Source: an uncultured Candidatus Saccharibacteria bacterium
GTDB lineage: Bacteria > Patescibacteriota > Minisyncoccia > UBA6257 > GWB1-50-10
Reading direction: 5' to 3'
Assembly (NCBI GenBank): GCA_964362455.1
Contig: CAYIEJ010000003.1
Coordinates: 1 to 32,003, forward strand
Length of the DNA stretch: 32,003 bases
Positions 1-8,374 of this stretch are shown in pieces. How positions within the stretch are numbered: the stretch's first letter is position 1; every line of letters starts with the position of its first letter. The notes under the pieces are model-generated. The model had not been told where the DNA came from, did not search any database, and saw only the letters and a list, made by a program, of their open reading frames with translations. The translations under genes and the position numbers were made by a program.

Positions 1-10
1 CGCCGCCATT

Positions 11-1309
11 ATGACATTTATCGGCGGCCAATCGCTCACAATCGACACCAGCGAAAGTAATCGCGCCCTTCTTTTGGCGCGACAAGGTATTGAAGAAGCC
101 GAGCGCGACGCTAATCTTAATTTCAACGGTTTGGCGAGCAGTTCAATTATTCAAAACGGATTTACTAGAGAAATTATTGTCAGTAATTTTCTTCCGCCGC
201 ATCAAAAAGAAATTGTGAGCCGTGTCAGTTGGCAAAGCGACCCGCTCCGCACTCAAACCGTTGAACTTATAACGCTGGTTACGGATTGGCGATCGCTTTT
301 GGAGTCCGGCAACGACCCGGGCGGCGAAGATCCGACCGGCGATTGGCAAAACCCGAGAACTTTAGGATCAATTGATTTGGGACCCGGCAACCAAGCTACT
401 GATTTGGACGTAAAAAACAAAATAATTTACATGGCAGGTTTGGCTTCCGACCCTAAAAAACACGACTTTTTTGTTGTTGACGCCACAAACGGACAAAGTC
501 CGATTATTTTAAACAGTACAAGCACCGGGCCGGGGCTTCTGGCTTTGGATGTGGCAGAAAACTATGCTTATGCCGGCAATAATGACACAGACGCCCAACT
601 GCAAATAATTGACGTCTCTAATCCGAATCAAGCCATACCGATTAAATCATTCAAACTAAACGGTGTCTCTGGTTCCGGCGCAGTCGGCAATTCAATCTTT
701 TATTCCAATTCCAAAATTTATATCGGCACTAAAAATGCCACTGGCCCAGAATTTAATATTATTGATGTTTCTGATCCAGCTAACCCGCTTCTTCTTGGCG
801 CTTATGAAATCGGCGCCGATGTTAATACTATTCACGTGGCCGGCAATACGGCATTTTTAGCCACTGCCAATGATAACGCCGAATTACTCCTGCTTAATGT
901 CAGGAACCCCGCGAATATCACGAGTTCGGGTTCATTTAATTTACAAAACACTGCCGACGGCCAAAGCCTTTATCTTATCGGAACTAAAATTTATTTTGGG
1001 AGATTAGCGAGCGGCGATCCGGAATTTTATATCCTTGATGTTTCAGAACCTTCTTCAATCCAAATCTTGGCCAGCCAAAACGTTGATACCGACATAAACG
1101 ACATTGTCGTGCGCGGTAAATACGCATTCTTAAGCACTACTGATTCCAATAAAGAATTTCAAGTATGGAATATTGAAAATCCGACAAGCACAACTTTTAT
1201 AAGCTCGTTTAATTTTCCTCAAGTCGCAAGCGGCATTGATTACGAAGACAACCAAGTTTATACGGCTGTCCGAAGCAATGATGCCCTTAGAATTATTACC
1301 TCGCAATAG
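11..1309 (+). CDS. LVIVD-repeat beta-propeller-like protein, first gene of a pilin-like cluster (frame is open to the window edge, so the 5' end may be truncated)
   Basis: 432-aa ORF with repeated pattern xxDVS(N/D/E)Pxxxxxxxx(F/Y): IIDVSNPNQAIPIKSF, IIDVSDPANPLLLGAY, LLNVRNPANITSSGSF, ILDVSEPSSIQILASQ, VWNIENPTSTTFISSF. Confidence 0.6.
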   Translation: MTFIGGQSLTIDTSESNRALLLARQGIEEAERDANLNFNGLASSSIIQNGFTREIIVSNFLPPHQKEIVSRVSWQSDPLRTQTVELITLVTDWRSLLESGNDPGGEDPTGDWQNPRTLGSIDLGPGNQATDLDVKNKIIYMAGLASDPKKHDFFVVDATNGQSPIILNSTSTGPGLLALDVAENYAYAGNNDTDAQLQIIDVSNPNQAIPIKSFKLNGVSGSGAVGNSIFYSNSKIYIGTKNATGPEFNIIDVSDPANPLLLGAYEIGADVNTIHVAGNTAFLATANDNAELLLLNVRNPANITSSGSFNLQNTADGQSLYLIGTKIYFGRLASGDPEFYILDVSEPSSIQILASQNVDTDINDIVVRGKYAFLSTTDSNKEFQVWNIENPTSTTFISSFNFPQVASGIDYEDNQVYTAVRSNDALRIITSQ

Positions 1310-1310
1310 C

Positions 1311-1829
1311 ATGAAAAATAAAAAACAAGCCGGAGTAACGCTTGTAGAAACCCTTCTCTACGCGGTTTTTTTCGCTTTGATGATCGGCTTTGCGATGTTT
1401 TCGTTTAATCAAATTTTGGAAGCGAACCTCAAACACCAGAACCGCCTGGAAGTAGAAATTGAAGCCAATTTTATAATGCAAAAAATACTCTGGGCGCTAA
1501 GCGATGCCCAAACCATTAATGAGCCAGCCGTAAATACTACCTCATCAATCCTTTCCGTCACTAAATATAATTTCGCGCAAAATTCGCTTGTTTTTGATTT
1601 GGATTCGGAAAATATCCGACTAAGACGGGGAGCGGGGGATCTGCCCGGACCGGCGATAATTCTAAACAGCAATACTGTTCGGATAACTAATCTATCTTTT
1701 TATCGCTCGCCCGAAATCGGCAATCAACCAGAAGCAATCGCCATAACTTTATCGGTTGCCGCCTTGCCTCAACCGATCGGACCAACGGCTTCAACCACGC
1801 TGACTACGAAAATTTATCTTAAAAAATGA
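1311..1829 (+). CDS. pseudopilin-like protein with prepilin-type N-terminal hydrophobic segment
   Basis: I trimmed the track ORF 1236..1829 to the in-frame ATG at 1311. N-terminus MKNKKQAGVTLVETLLYAVFFALMIGF resembles the G/FTLIE prepilin cleavage and methylation motif. Confidence 0.6.
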   Translation: MKNKKQAGVTLVETLLYAVFFALMIGFAMFSFNQILEANLKHQNRLEVEIEANFIMQKILWALSDAQTINEPAVNTTSSILSVTKYNFAQNSLVFDLDSENIRLRRGAGDLPGPAIILNSNTVRITNLSFYRSPEIGNQPEAIAITLSVAALPQPIGPTASTTLTTKIYLKK

Positions 1830-2218
1830 AGATGAAATTTAATTACAAAAATAAAGACGGATACATTGCGATTGTTTCGGCGTTAATTCTGACGGCATTA
1901 ATAATCACCATTGTTGCCTCAATCAGCCTTTCCGTTTTTGTCGGCCGTAGCAATATTTTAAACTCTTCCTTTAAAGAAATGAGCCGCTCTTTGGCTAACG
2001 CCTGCATGAATGTCGCGCTTTTGAAATTGGTGCTTGATCCCAATTATGCGGGCGGCGAAACGGTTACTGTGAGCTCTGATTGTGATATTATATCTGTAAC
2101 CGTAAACGGCAATCAAAAAACCATTACTGTTCAAGCCGTCTCTGACGGCGCCGCCACCAATATTCGTCGGGTAATAAACATGAGCGACTTTACAATTTTA
2201 AACTCGGAGGAATTTTAA
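1826..2218 (+). CDS. membrane-anchored hypothetical protein, possible minor pilus component
   Basis: 130-aa ORF overlapping the previous stop by 4 nt (ATGA). It has a single N-terminal TM helix (GYIAIVSALILTALIITIVASISLSVF) and sits between two pilin-like genes. Confidence 0.4.
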   Translation: MKMKFNYKNKDGYIAIVSALILTALIITIVASISLSVFVGRSNILNSSFKEMSRSLANACMNVALLKLVLDPNYAGGETVTVSSDCDIISVTVNGNQKTITVQAVSDGAATNIRRVINMSDFTILNSEEF

Positions 2219-2224
2219 ATAAAA

Positions 2225-2665
2225 ATGAGGAAGGGTTTTACGCTTATTGAAATTTTAATCGTAATCGGGTTGATTGTTATTTTGGGCGGCATTGCCATTA
2301 TGACTTTAAAACCGGGCGAACTGCTTGCCCGCGGCAGAAACGGAGCCCGCATCTCTCATCTTCATACAATCGCAAATGCGATTTGGCAAAATAAAAGTGA
2401 TAACAGAGGAATCTTTAATTGTGGCAGTATCCCAACCTCAACAACAAAAATGGCTGTTGGCGCGGGAAATTATGATATTGCGCCATGTCTTGTACCCGCA
2501 TATCTTCCAAACATGCCCTATGACCCCAATACCGCAGGCGCGCATTTCTCTTCAACCACGGACTATGATACTGGTTACAACATTATATTAAACGCTTCGA
2601 CCAGCAGAATTACAATATCCGCGCCAAACGCAGAACTTAATGAAATAATTTCAGTTACCAGATAA
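2225..2665 (+). CDS. type IV pilin (prepilin N-terminal methylation domain)
   Basis: N-terminus MRKGFTLIEILIVIGLIVILGGIAI is a canonical prepilin signal (G|FTLIE). Confidence 0.85.
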   Translation: MRKGFTLIEILIVIGLIVILGGIAIMTLKPGELLARGRNGARISHLHTIANAIWQNKSDNRGIFNCGSIPTSTTKMAVGAGNYDIAPCLVPAYLPNMPYDPNTAGAHFSSTTDYDTGYNIILNASTSRITISAPNAELNEIISVTR

Positions 2666-2713
2666 ATTCAACCTCCCAGTTTTCTAGCAATCAACAGTTA
2701 ATTTACAGAAACT

Positions 2714-2730
2714 CTTGCGAAATTTTGCAG
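2714..2730 (+). repeat. 17-bp direct repeat copy 1 (CTTGCGAAATTTTGCAG)
   Basis: Identical 17-mer recurs at 3534-3550. The two copies bracket the 2750..3529 gene. Confidence 0.7.
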
Positions 2731-2749
2731 AAAGAACAAAATAGAATTA

Positions 2750-3529
2750 ATGGAAAAACCAGAAAATTTAGAGCAAGCAAAATCAGACACAGAATTAGAA
2801 CTAGAAAGAATAGCTCAGGAATTTAGCGAAATAGCATTTCCCAGCTTGGAATATATGGAAGGAAAAATTAAAATAGATCATTCATTACCGTTAGCTGAAA
2901 AAGGCTTTATTAGAGCTAAAGAAAACGAAGGAGGATTGGTTCAAATAATATTTGAAAAAGCTGACGGTTCAATTATAAATTTCAGAAAATTCCTTCCGCC
3001 TGATTGGCAATTTGTTTCGCCATCCTGGTGCTTAAAAACTGAAGATCAACAAAAAGGAGCCGGTATATGGTATACAGACGAACGCGCAAAAATTATTTCA
3101 ATTGGCGAAATTAGAAATATTGAGTCTACTTTAGCGTTACTGCATGAATTGGGTCATGTTCAAAAACCAGAGAATATGGAAAAAGCCGGAAGAGTTTTCA
3201 AAGATTATGGAAGAAGCCGCCCTTTTAATTACGAAAGCTCATTTACTGAAAGAAGTGCGTGGGCAGATACGATTAAGATAATGCGTGGTCTTAAGAAAGA
3301 AGGTTTAGATCTGTTTGAAATATTTGGTTGGGAGAAAATAAAAAGATTTGTATTCGCCAGTTTAGCAAATCATCGTTATCAAGCACGTCTTGGGGATTTA
3401 AAATCAAAAGAAGCGGCTATGGAAATGATGAAAAACTCAACTGGTTCAGAACCAAAATTTATTGATGAGGATTTACTATATTTAGAAAAATTATTTGATA
3501 AGGGAAGATTTGTAAGCATTGAAAGCTAA
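2750..3529 (+). CDS. hypothetical protein with HExxH zinc-metallopeptidase-like motif
   Basis: 259-aa ORF containing LALLHELGHVQ (HExxH). No other family signature recognised. Confidence 0.45.
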   Translation: MEKPENLEQAKSDTELELERIAQEFSEIAFPSLEYMEGKIKIDHSLPLAEKGFIRAKENEGGLVQIIFEKADGSIINFRKFLPPDWQFVSPSWCLKTEDQQKGAGIWYTDERAKIISIGEIRNIESTLALLHELGHVQKPENMEKAGRVFKDYGRSRPFNYESSFTERSAWADTIKIMRGLKKEGLDLFEIFGWEKIKRFVFASLANHRYQARLGDLKSKEAAMEMMKNSTGSEPKFIDEDLLYLEKLFDKGRFVSIES

Positions 3530-3533
3530 AAAG

Positions 3534-3550
3534 CTTGCGAAATTTTGCAG
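3534..3550 (+). repeat. 17-bp direct repeat copy 2 (CTTGCGAAATTTTGCAG)
   Basis: Exact copy of 2714-2730, starting 5 nt after the stop of the 2750..3529 gene. Confidence 0.7.
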
Positions 3551-3571
3551 GAGGGATAGGATTTCGTAGAA

Positions 3572-4678
3572 TTAATTTTTCAAACTCTCAATAATCGCAA
3601 CTTCTAGGGGGATAATTGGGAATTGGCTGTAACGCATTTGGCTGTAGGCGTTTATTAATTCTTTTAAAAGCTTCAAGTGGTCTTCTTCAAAAATCGCGGC
3701 GTGGACAATAAGTTTATTTAAATGTTCTTCCATTAGTTCTGTCTGAAACATTGACTTCATATTGGGATTGAATTTTAAAACCGCGGCGCGCCGCAAATAC
3801 CTGATTAAATCTTTTGTAAATTGCACAAGATTATAACCGCCGTCCTCAATTTCAGACAAAGTTTCCAACGCTTTATCCAATTCTTTTTTAAGCAAAAATC
3901 CGCCGAATTCCGAAAGCTTGTCAAACCCGATTTTGCCAAGCATGTTTTCCACATCGTGAAGAGTAATACTCTTACCACCAAAAGTTATGAGTTGGTCCAA
4001 AAGCGACTCGGCATCCCGAAAACTGCCTTCGGCTGAAGTGGCAATCAAATCCATTGCTTCATTATCAATCGTGACTTGTTCTTCTTTAGTGATGCGTTTT
4101 AATTTATCAACAATTTGCTTGAAACTAACTCTTTTGAAATAAAACTGCTGGGCGCGCGAAGCGATTGTCGCCGGAATTTTTTCTATTTCGGTTGTCGCCA
4201 AAATTAAAATCACATAAGGCGGCGGCTCCTCCAGAGTTTTTAAAAGCGCGTTAAACGCTTCTTTGGTTAACATATGCGCCTCGTCAATAATAAAAACTTT
4301 ATAGCGCGAGGAGGAGGGGGAGACCCGAACGTTTTCTTTAAGATCCCGAATCTCGTCAATGCCGCGATTTGAAGCGGCGTCAATTTCAATCACATCCAAA
4401 CTCAAACCATCATCAATTTCTTTGCAAAACCGGCACTTGTTGCAGGGCTCGCCTTTACTCTTAAAAGCGGCATCGGTCTGCCGAGTTTCACAATTCGCAA
4501 TTTTAGCAATCAAGCGGGCAGTTGTAGTTTTGCCAGTGCCGCGCGGTCCCGCAAAAATATAAGCGTGCGCCAATTTCTCCTGCCGCCCCGCTTCCTTCAA
4601 AATTCTCGCGGTCAATTCCTGCCCCAATAAATCCTCAAAAGTGGTAGGTCGATATTTTCTGTAAATCGCTAAAGCCAT
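3572..4678 (-). CDS. dnaX: DNA polymerase III subunit gamma/tau
   Basis: 368 aa. Walker A GPRGTGKTTTARLIAK, zinc module CNKCRFCKEI, SRC-like ASRAQ and box VFIIDEAHML. Confidence 0.9.
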   Translation of the reverse strand: MALAIYRKYRPTTFEDLLGQELTARILKEAGRQEKLAHAYIFAGPRGTGKTTTARLIAKIANCETRQTDAAFKSKGEPCNKCRFCKEIDDGLSLDVIEIDAASNRGIDEIRDLKENVRVSPSSSRYKVFIIDEAHMLTKEAFNALLKTLEEPPPYVILILATTEIEKIPATIASRAQQFYFKRVSFKQIVDKLKRITKEEQVTIDNEAMDLIATSAEGSFRDAESLLDQLITFGGKSITLHDVENMLGKIGFDKLSEFGGFLLKKELDKALETLSEIEDGGYNLVQFTKDLIRYLRRAAVLKFNPNMKSMFQTELMEEHLNKLIVHAAIFEEDHLKLLKELINAYSQMRYSQFPIIPLEVAIIESLKN

Positions 4679-4725
4679 CGCCTTGATTATAATTCAAATT
4701 ATCAGATAATTAAAATAGTTGAAAA

Positions 4726-4959
4726 ATGAAAGAAAACTTTAGCGAACAGCAAAAAGAAAACCGCGATGGCTTTAAAAAATATATCTTCAGAGACAATCGT
4801 CAACATCCGCCTTTGGTAATCTTTGAATGTGTCAGCGACGATATTTTAGGTGCCGACGAACAATACAAAGTTGCAACCGGCAATGACCCGGAAAAACAAC
4901 CATATATTGGCTGTGAAATTATACCAATAGAAAATGATGAAATTAAATCAGCTGAATAA
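4726..4959 (+). CDS. hypothetical small protein
   Basis: 77-aa ORF with no recognisable motif. It overlaps the start of the next gene. Confidence 0.3.
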   Translation: MKENFSEQQKENRDGFKKYIFRDNRQHPPLVIFECVSDDILGADEQYKVATGNDPEKQPYIGCEIIPIENDEIKSAE

Positions 4960-5410
4960 ACTTATCCTAAAAAGTTCAGCATTTAAAGACAATGAGTTTA
5001 TTCCGGCCAAATACACCTGCGAGGGCGAAAACGTCAATCCACTCTTTGAAATCAAAGGCACGCCTGAAAATACAAAAAGCTTGGTTTTGATAATGGATGA
5101 CCCCGACGCAACCGGCGGCATTACTTGGGATCACTGGCTTCTTTTCAATATCAACTCACAAACCCAATACATTGAAGAGGGAAGTATTTCGGAAAATACC
5201 CTTCAAGGCAAAAACGGCTGGGGCAAAAATGAATACGGCGGCCCTTGCCCGCCGCGCGGCTCAAAACCGCATCGCTATATGTTCAAACTTTTTGCTCTTG
5301 ATACCGAATTAAATTTAAGTGAGGGCGTAACAAAATCAGAAATCGAAAAAGCAATGGCCGGCCACATTCTGGAACAGACCGCCTTGATCGGACTTTATGC
5401 CAGAAAATAA
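4934..5410 (+). CDS. YbhB/YbcL-family phosphatidylethanolamine-binding (PEBP) protein
   Basis: Motifs MDDPDA, WDHWLLFNI and GGPCPPRGSKPHRYMFKLFALD are typical of bacterial PEBP/Raf-kinase-inhibitor-like proteins. Confidence 0.85.
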   Translation: MMKLNQLNKLILKSSAFKDNEFIPAKYTCEGENVNPLFEIKGTPENTKSLVLIMDDPDATGGITWDHWLLFNINSQTQYIEEGSISENTLQGKNGWGKNEYGGPCPPRGSKPHRYMFKLFALDTELNLSEGVTKSEIEKAMAGHILEQTALIGLYARK

Positions 5411-5424
5411 AATCTGCCAAAGGG

Positions 5425-5462
5425 GGTGCTATGCTATAACATAGCGCTATGACGCGTCATAG
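5425..5462. promoter_or_regulatory. palindrome pair: imperfect copy of the GGTGCTATGCTATAGCATAGCACC palindrome (5425-5447) plus the perfect 16-bp palindrome CTATGACGCGTCATAG (5447-5462)
   Basis: Read directly from the sequence. Related palindromes occur at 23417-23446 and 23953-23976. Located 22 nt upstream of the 5484 ORF. Confidence 0.55.
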
Positions 5463-5483
5463 TAACCAACGGATATCACAACG

Positions 5484-5852
5484 ATGTTTAAACTGCCAAA
5501 AAACGACAAAAAATATTCCTGGACAAACCACGTTTTTCAAAAAATGCAGTACTACGGCATTTCTGAAAGCCGGATTAAAAGAATTATCCGCTTCCCAAAA
5601 AGGTACGAAGAAGGGATTGCGCCTCAAACAGTCGCCGCAATGCAACCAGCTGGCACGAAAAGATATCAGGAAATTTGGGTGATGTATAAAATAACAGGCA
5701 ATAGAAAATTAAAAGTTAAGGGTTTGGGCGCCGGGCAATTCGGAAGCGAAAAGAAAATAAAAGTTATCACGGCGTGGCGGTATCCTGGGAAAAGCCCGGA
5801 GAGAGATCCGATCCCAGAAGAAATAATAAGAGAAATCCAGACGCTTCTATAA
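5484..5852 (+). CDS. hypothetical small protein
   Basis: 122-aa ORF. A weak resemblance to DUF4258-type small proteins (YSWTNHVFQKMQYYGISESRIKRII) is my impression only. Confidence 0.45.
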   Translation: MFKLPKNDKKYSWTNHVFQKMQYYGISESRIKRIIRFPKRYEEGIAPQTVAAMQPAGTKRYQEIWVMYKITGNRKLKVKGLGAGQFGSEKKIKVITAWRYPGKSPERDPIPEEIIREIQTLL

Positions 5853-5853
5853 A

Positions 5854-5971
5854 TCCCGTTAGAAATAGGACGCGGACGGCGGAAATTGCTGCTGTGCCCT
5901 TTCTTGAAATTATGACCTTTTTCTTAATGGCTATTGTGTTTTTAGTTACGCGTCCGCGATTTCTAACGGGA
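5854..5971. mobile_element. MITE-like element E1 (118 bp) with terminal inverted repeats TCCCGTTAGAAAT...ATTTCTAACGGGA and 4-bp flanking duplication TAAA
   Basis: TIR read directly. TAAA at 5850-5853 and 5972-5975. Same termini as the elements at 8230 and 9680. Confidence 0.7.
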
Positions 5972-5980
5972 TAAAAAGAA

Positions 5981-6001
5981 AAGCCGGTTTTTAACCGGCT
6001 T
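5981..6001. terminator. bidirectional hairpin terminator between convergent units
   Basis: AAGCCGGTT-TTT-AACCGGCTT is a 9-bp stem. It is flanked by an A-run upstream and a T-rich tract downstream. Confidence 0.55.
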
Positions 6002-6138
6002 AATCGTTTTTACCAAATAGGTCATTTCCCATTCTTCTTTGGCTTTTTCGCGCCCCAAAAAGCCCACGCCAAAATTGAAAAATACAAAACCATTACAACT
6101 CCCAAAGCGATAAAAACTCTGCTATTTTTATTCCTCCC

Positions 6139-6252
6139 TCAGAGGTGTAAGTCTGATTTATCATCTTTTTTGCTTAACGCCCACGCCATCACAATAATCA
6201 AAACAACAAAAACCGCACCCAGAGCGATTCCATAAAGCAATTTATCGCTCAC
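6139..6252 (-). CDS. possible 37-aa single-pass membrane peptide
   Basis: Not in the ORF track (<60 aa). The GTG start overlaps the upstream TGA stop (GTGA). Translation: (M)SDKLLYGIALGAVFVVLIIVMAWALSKKDDKSDLHL. Confidence 0.35.
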   Translation of the reverse strand: MSDKLLYGIALGAVFVVLIIVMAWALSKKDDKSDLHL

Positions 6253-6647
6253 GCCGCGCCTCCTTTGTCTAACAAAGCGATAATATTAAGCGTATTCCAA
6301 AGTCGCCCGAAGTCCAAAGTATCAAACCACTTTCCGTCTATCAAAACATAACCATAATAAATTTCTGCGCGCAAAAGAACTTCGCTACCATTCATAAAAT
6401 TAAGAACGAAATGAAAATTATCGGGATTTAAAAGAATAACCCCAGTTGAATCGTCCAAAAACGGCGCGCGGGAAATTATATCCCGCAAAATATGAACCGC
6501 AGCGTGATATCGATGAATCTCAAATTTCGGCAGTTGATCCTCGCCTTTATTTATTCTAAAAAACTCCACTCCTTCGGAGTTTTCCATTTTTTGCTTGCAT
6601 ATTCTCCGAAACTCATCCATCGAAAGCGTCCTTTCTGAAATAATCAC
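6249..6647 (-). CDS. hypothetical protein
   Basis: 132-aa ORF with no recognised motif. An alternative start at M10 (6620) would give an 8-nt overlap (ATGGATGA) with the upstream small ORF. Confidence 0.5.
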   Translation of the reverse strand: MIISERTLSMDEFRRICKQKMENSEGVEFFRINKGEDQLPKFEIHRYHAAVHILRDIISRAPFLDDSTGVILLNPDNFHFVLNFMNGSEVLLRAEIYYGYVLIDGKWFDTLDFGRLWNTLNIIALLDKGGAA

Positions 6648-6774
6648 CCAAAGAGTTTTTCAAAAGAACAAAACATACATACAGAACCAAGCCCCAGGCT
6701 ATCAAAGGCGAGCTAAGCAGTAGAAACGGTTGAATGTATTCGGAATTCAAAAGTTTGCCGAGAAACCCGCGCAT
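6613..6774 (-). CDS. possible 53-aa membrane peptide
   Basis: Not in the ORF track. GGAGACAAG precedes the ATG. Translation MRGFLGKLLNSEYIQPFLLLSSPLIAWGLVLYVCFVLLKNSLGDYFRKDAFDG contains one hydrophobic helix. Confidence 0.35.
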   Translation of the reverse strand: MRGFLGKLLNSEYIQPFLLLSSPLIAWGLVLYVCFVLLKNSLGDYFRKDAFDG

Positions 6775-6843
6775 CTTGTCTCCTTTCTTTAATTGTTAAG
6801 TTTCTTTTTTCAATTGAATCAGTTAATATAAAATTCGTCAATA

Positions 6844-7890
6844 ATGAAACTATCTATCGGTATCGTGGGACTGCCAAACGTCGGCAAATCCACCCTTTTC
6901 AAAATCCTCACCAAACAAGAGGTAAATATTGCTAATTATCCGTTTGCGACCATTGATCCGAATGTGGGCGTGGTTCCCGTACCTGACGAACGTTTGGAAA
7001 AATTAACAAAACTTAGCAATTCTAAAAAAACAATTCCAGCAGTTGTGGAATTTTATGACATCGCGGGGTTAGTTAAAGGCGCAAATAAGGGCGAGGGTTT
7101 AGGCAACCAATTTCTCTCGCACATTCGCGAAGTCAATGCGATTGTCCAGATTATCCGTTGCTTCAGGCAAAGCGACATTGTCCATGTTGAAGGCGAAATC
7201 AATCCGCTCCGCGATTTTGAAATCATCAGGACCGAACTCGCCTTAAAGGATTTGGAAACTGTGGAAAAACGATTAAACAAAGCCGAAGCCGATGCCAGGA
7301 CCGGGAAAAAAGAATTTATTGAAATTTATGAAATCCTTAAAAAAATTAAAAATGATATAGGAGAGGGAAATTTATCAAACGAAACTATATCCCTTATTCG
7401 CACGAATAAGGAATATAATGTTCTAATAAAGGAATTGAATTTATTAAGCGTAAAGCCGCAGCTGTTTTTGTTAAACGGCAACATAGAAGATGTAAGCGGA
7501 GATTTAAAACGCAAGATTAAAGAATTGGGGGCGGATTATATAATTGCTGATTTGAGCGCGATTAAAGAAATTCCGGAATTAATCCAGAAAGCGTATCAAA
7601 TTTTGGACTTAATCAGTTTTTTAACAACCGGCGAAGACGAAACGCGCGCTTGGACAATTCCCAAAGGAGCTAAAGCGCCCGAAGCCGCCGGCGCGATACA
7701 CACCGATTTTCAAAAAAACTTCATTCGCGCCGAAGTGATTAATTGGGAAAAATTAATGTCGGCAGGAAACACCTCAACCGGCTTAGGACAATCGCCATGG
7801 GCAATCGCAAAACAAAAAGGCTGGCTCCGTTTAGAAGGGAAAGATTATGTTGTTCAAGATGGAGATGTGATTGTTATTCGCCACGGTTAA
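6844..7890 (+). CDS. ychF: ribosome-binding ATPase YchF
   Basis: G1 motif GIVGLPNVGKSTLF, NYPFATIDPNVG, DIAGLVKGA, and a C-terminal TGS-like domain ending DGDVIVIRH. Confidence 0.92.
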   Translation: MKLSIGIVGLPNVGKSTLFKILTKQEVNIANYPFATIDPNVGVVPVPDERLEKLTKLSNSKKTIPAVVEFYDIAGLVKGANKGEGLGNQFLSHIREVNAIVQIIRCFRQSDIVHVEGEINPLRDFEIIRTELALKDLETVEKRLNKAEADARTGKKEFIEIYEILKKIKNDIGEGNLSNETISLIRTNKEYNVLIKELNLLSVKPQLFLLNGNIEDVSGDLKRKIKELGADYIIADLSAIKEIPELIQKAYQILDLISFLTTGEDETRAWTIPKGAKAPEAAGAIHTDFQKNFIRAEVINWEKLMSAGNTSTGLGQSPWAIAKQKGWLRLEGKDYVVQDGDVIVIRHG

Positions 7891-8230
7891 ATTTTTTTGT
7901 CGCCGCCAAAAACAAAGCCAGCGCCATCATTGCAAGCCCGAAGTCGCGGAAAGTAATATCATCAATACCGTAAAATAAAAGAATCGCGACTATATCAAAA
8001 AAGACAACAAGCGAAACAAAAGGCAGAAAAACCCCCAAAAGAAGCAATATCCCAAGCAGCAACTCAATACCGGAATGAATGTGTAAAAAAGTTTGGCGGT
8101 CTAAAATTTTATCCACCCAGTCCGGCACAAAACCAATCCAACTCTGCGGATCGAAAAACATATGAATACCGGCGTAAATAAAAACGGCGGCCAATCCGAT
8201 ACGCAGAACTAAAACAGGGTTCAATTTCAT
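7874..8230 (-). CDS. DoxX-like small integral membrane protein
   Basis: I trimmed the track ORF 7874..8251 to the ATG at 8230 (MKLNPVLVL...), because the extra 7 codons lie inside MITE-like element E2. Four predicted TM helices. Confidence 0.55.
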   Translation of the reverse strand: MKLNPVLVLRIGLAAVFIYAGIHMFFDPQSWIGFVPDWVDKILDRQTFLHIHSGIELLLGILLLLGVFLPFVSLVVFFDIVAILLFYGIDDITFRDFGLAMMALALFLAATKKFNRGE

Positions 8231-8352
8231 CCCGTTAGAAGCGGATCGCAATCACGGTGAATGGACCCGCGTTTATTACTTTAGACCTTGGATTATTATG
8301 ATTCATTTGTTTTGATTATCCCTTGAGAAGTCGATCGCGGCTTCTAACGGGA
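8230..8352. mobile_element. MITE-like element E2 (123 bp) with TIR TCCCGTTAGAAGC...GCTTCTAACGGGA and 4-bp flanking duplication TTCA
   Basis: TTCA at 8226-8229 and 8353-8356. Termini are shared with E1 and E3. Confidence 0.7.
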
Positions 8353-8374
8353 TTCATGATAAAATTATAACAAG

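Noticed and set aside
5774-5974. 66-aa + strand ORF
   Set aside because: It lies almost entirely inside MITE-like element E1 and overlaps the end of the 5484..5852 gene in another frame.
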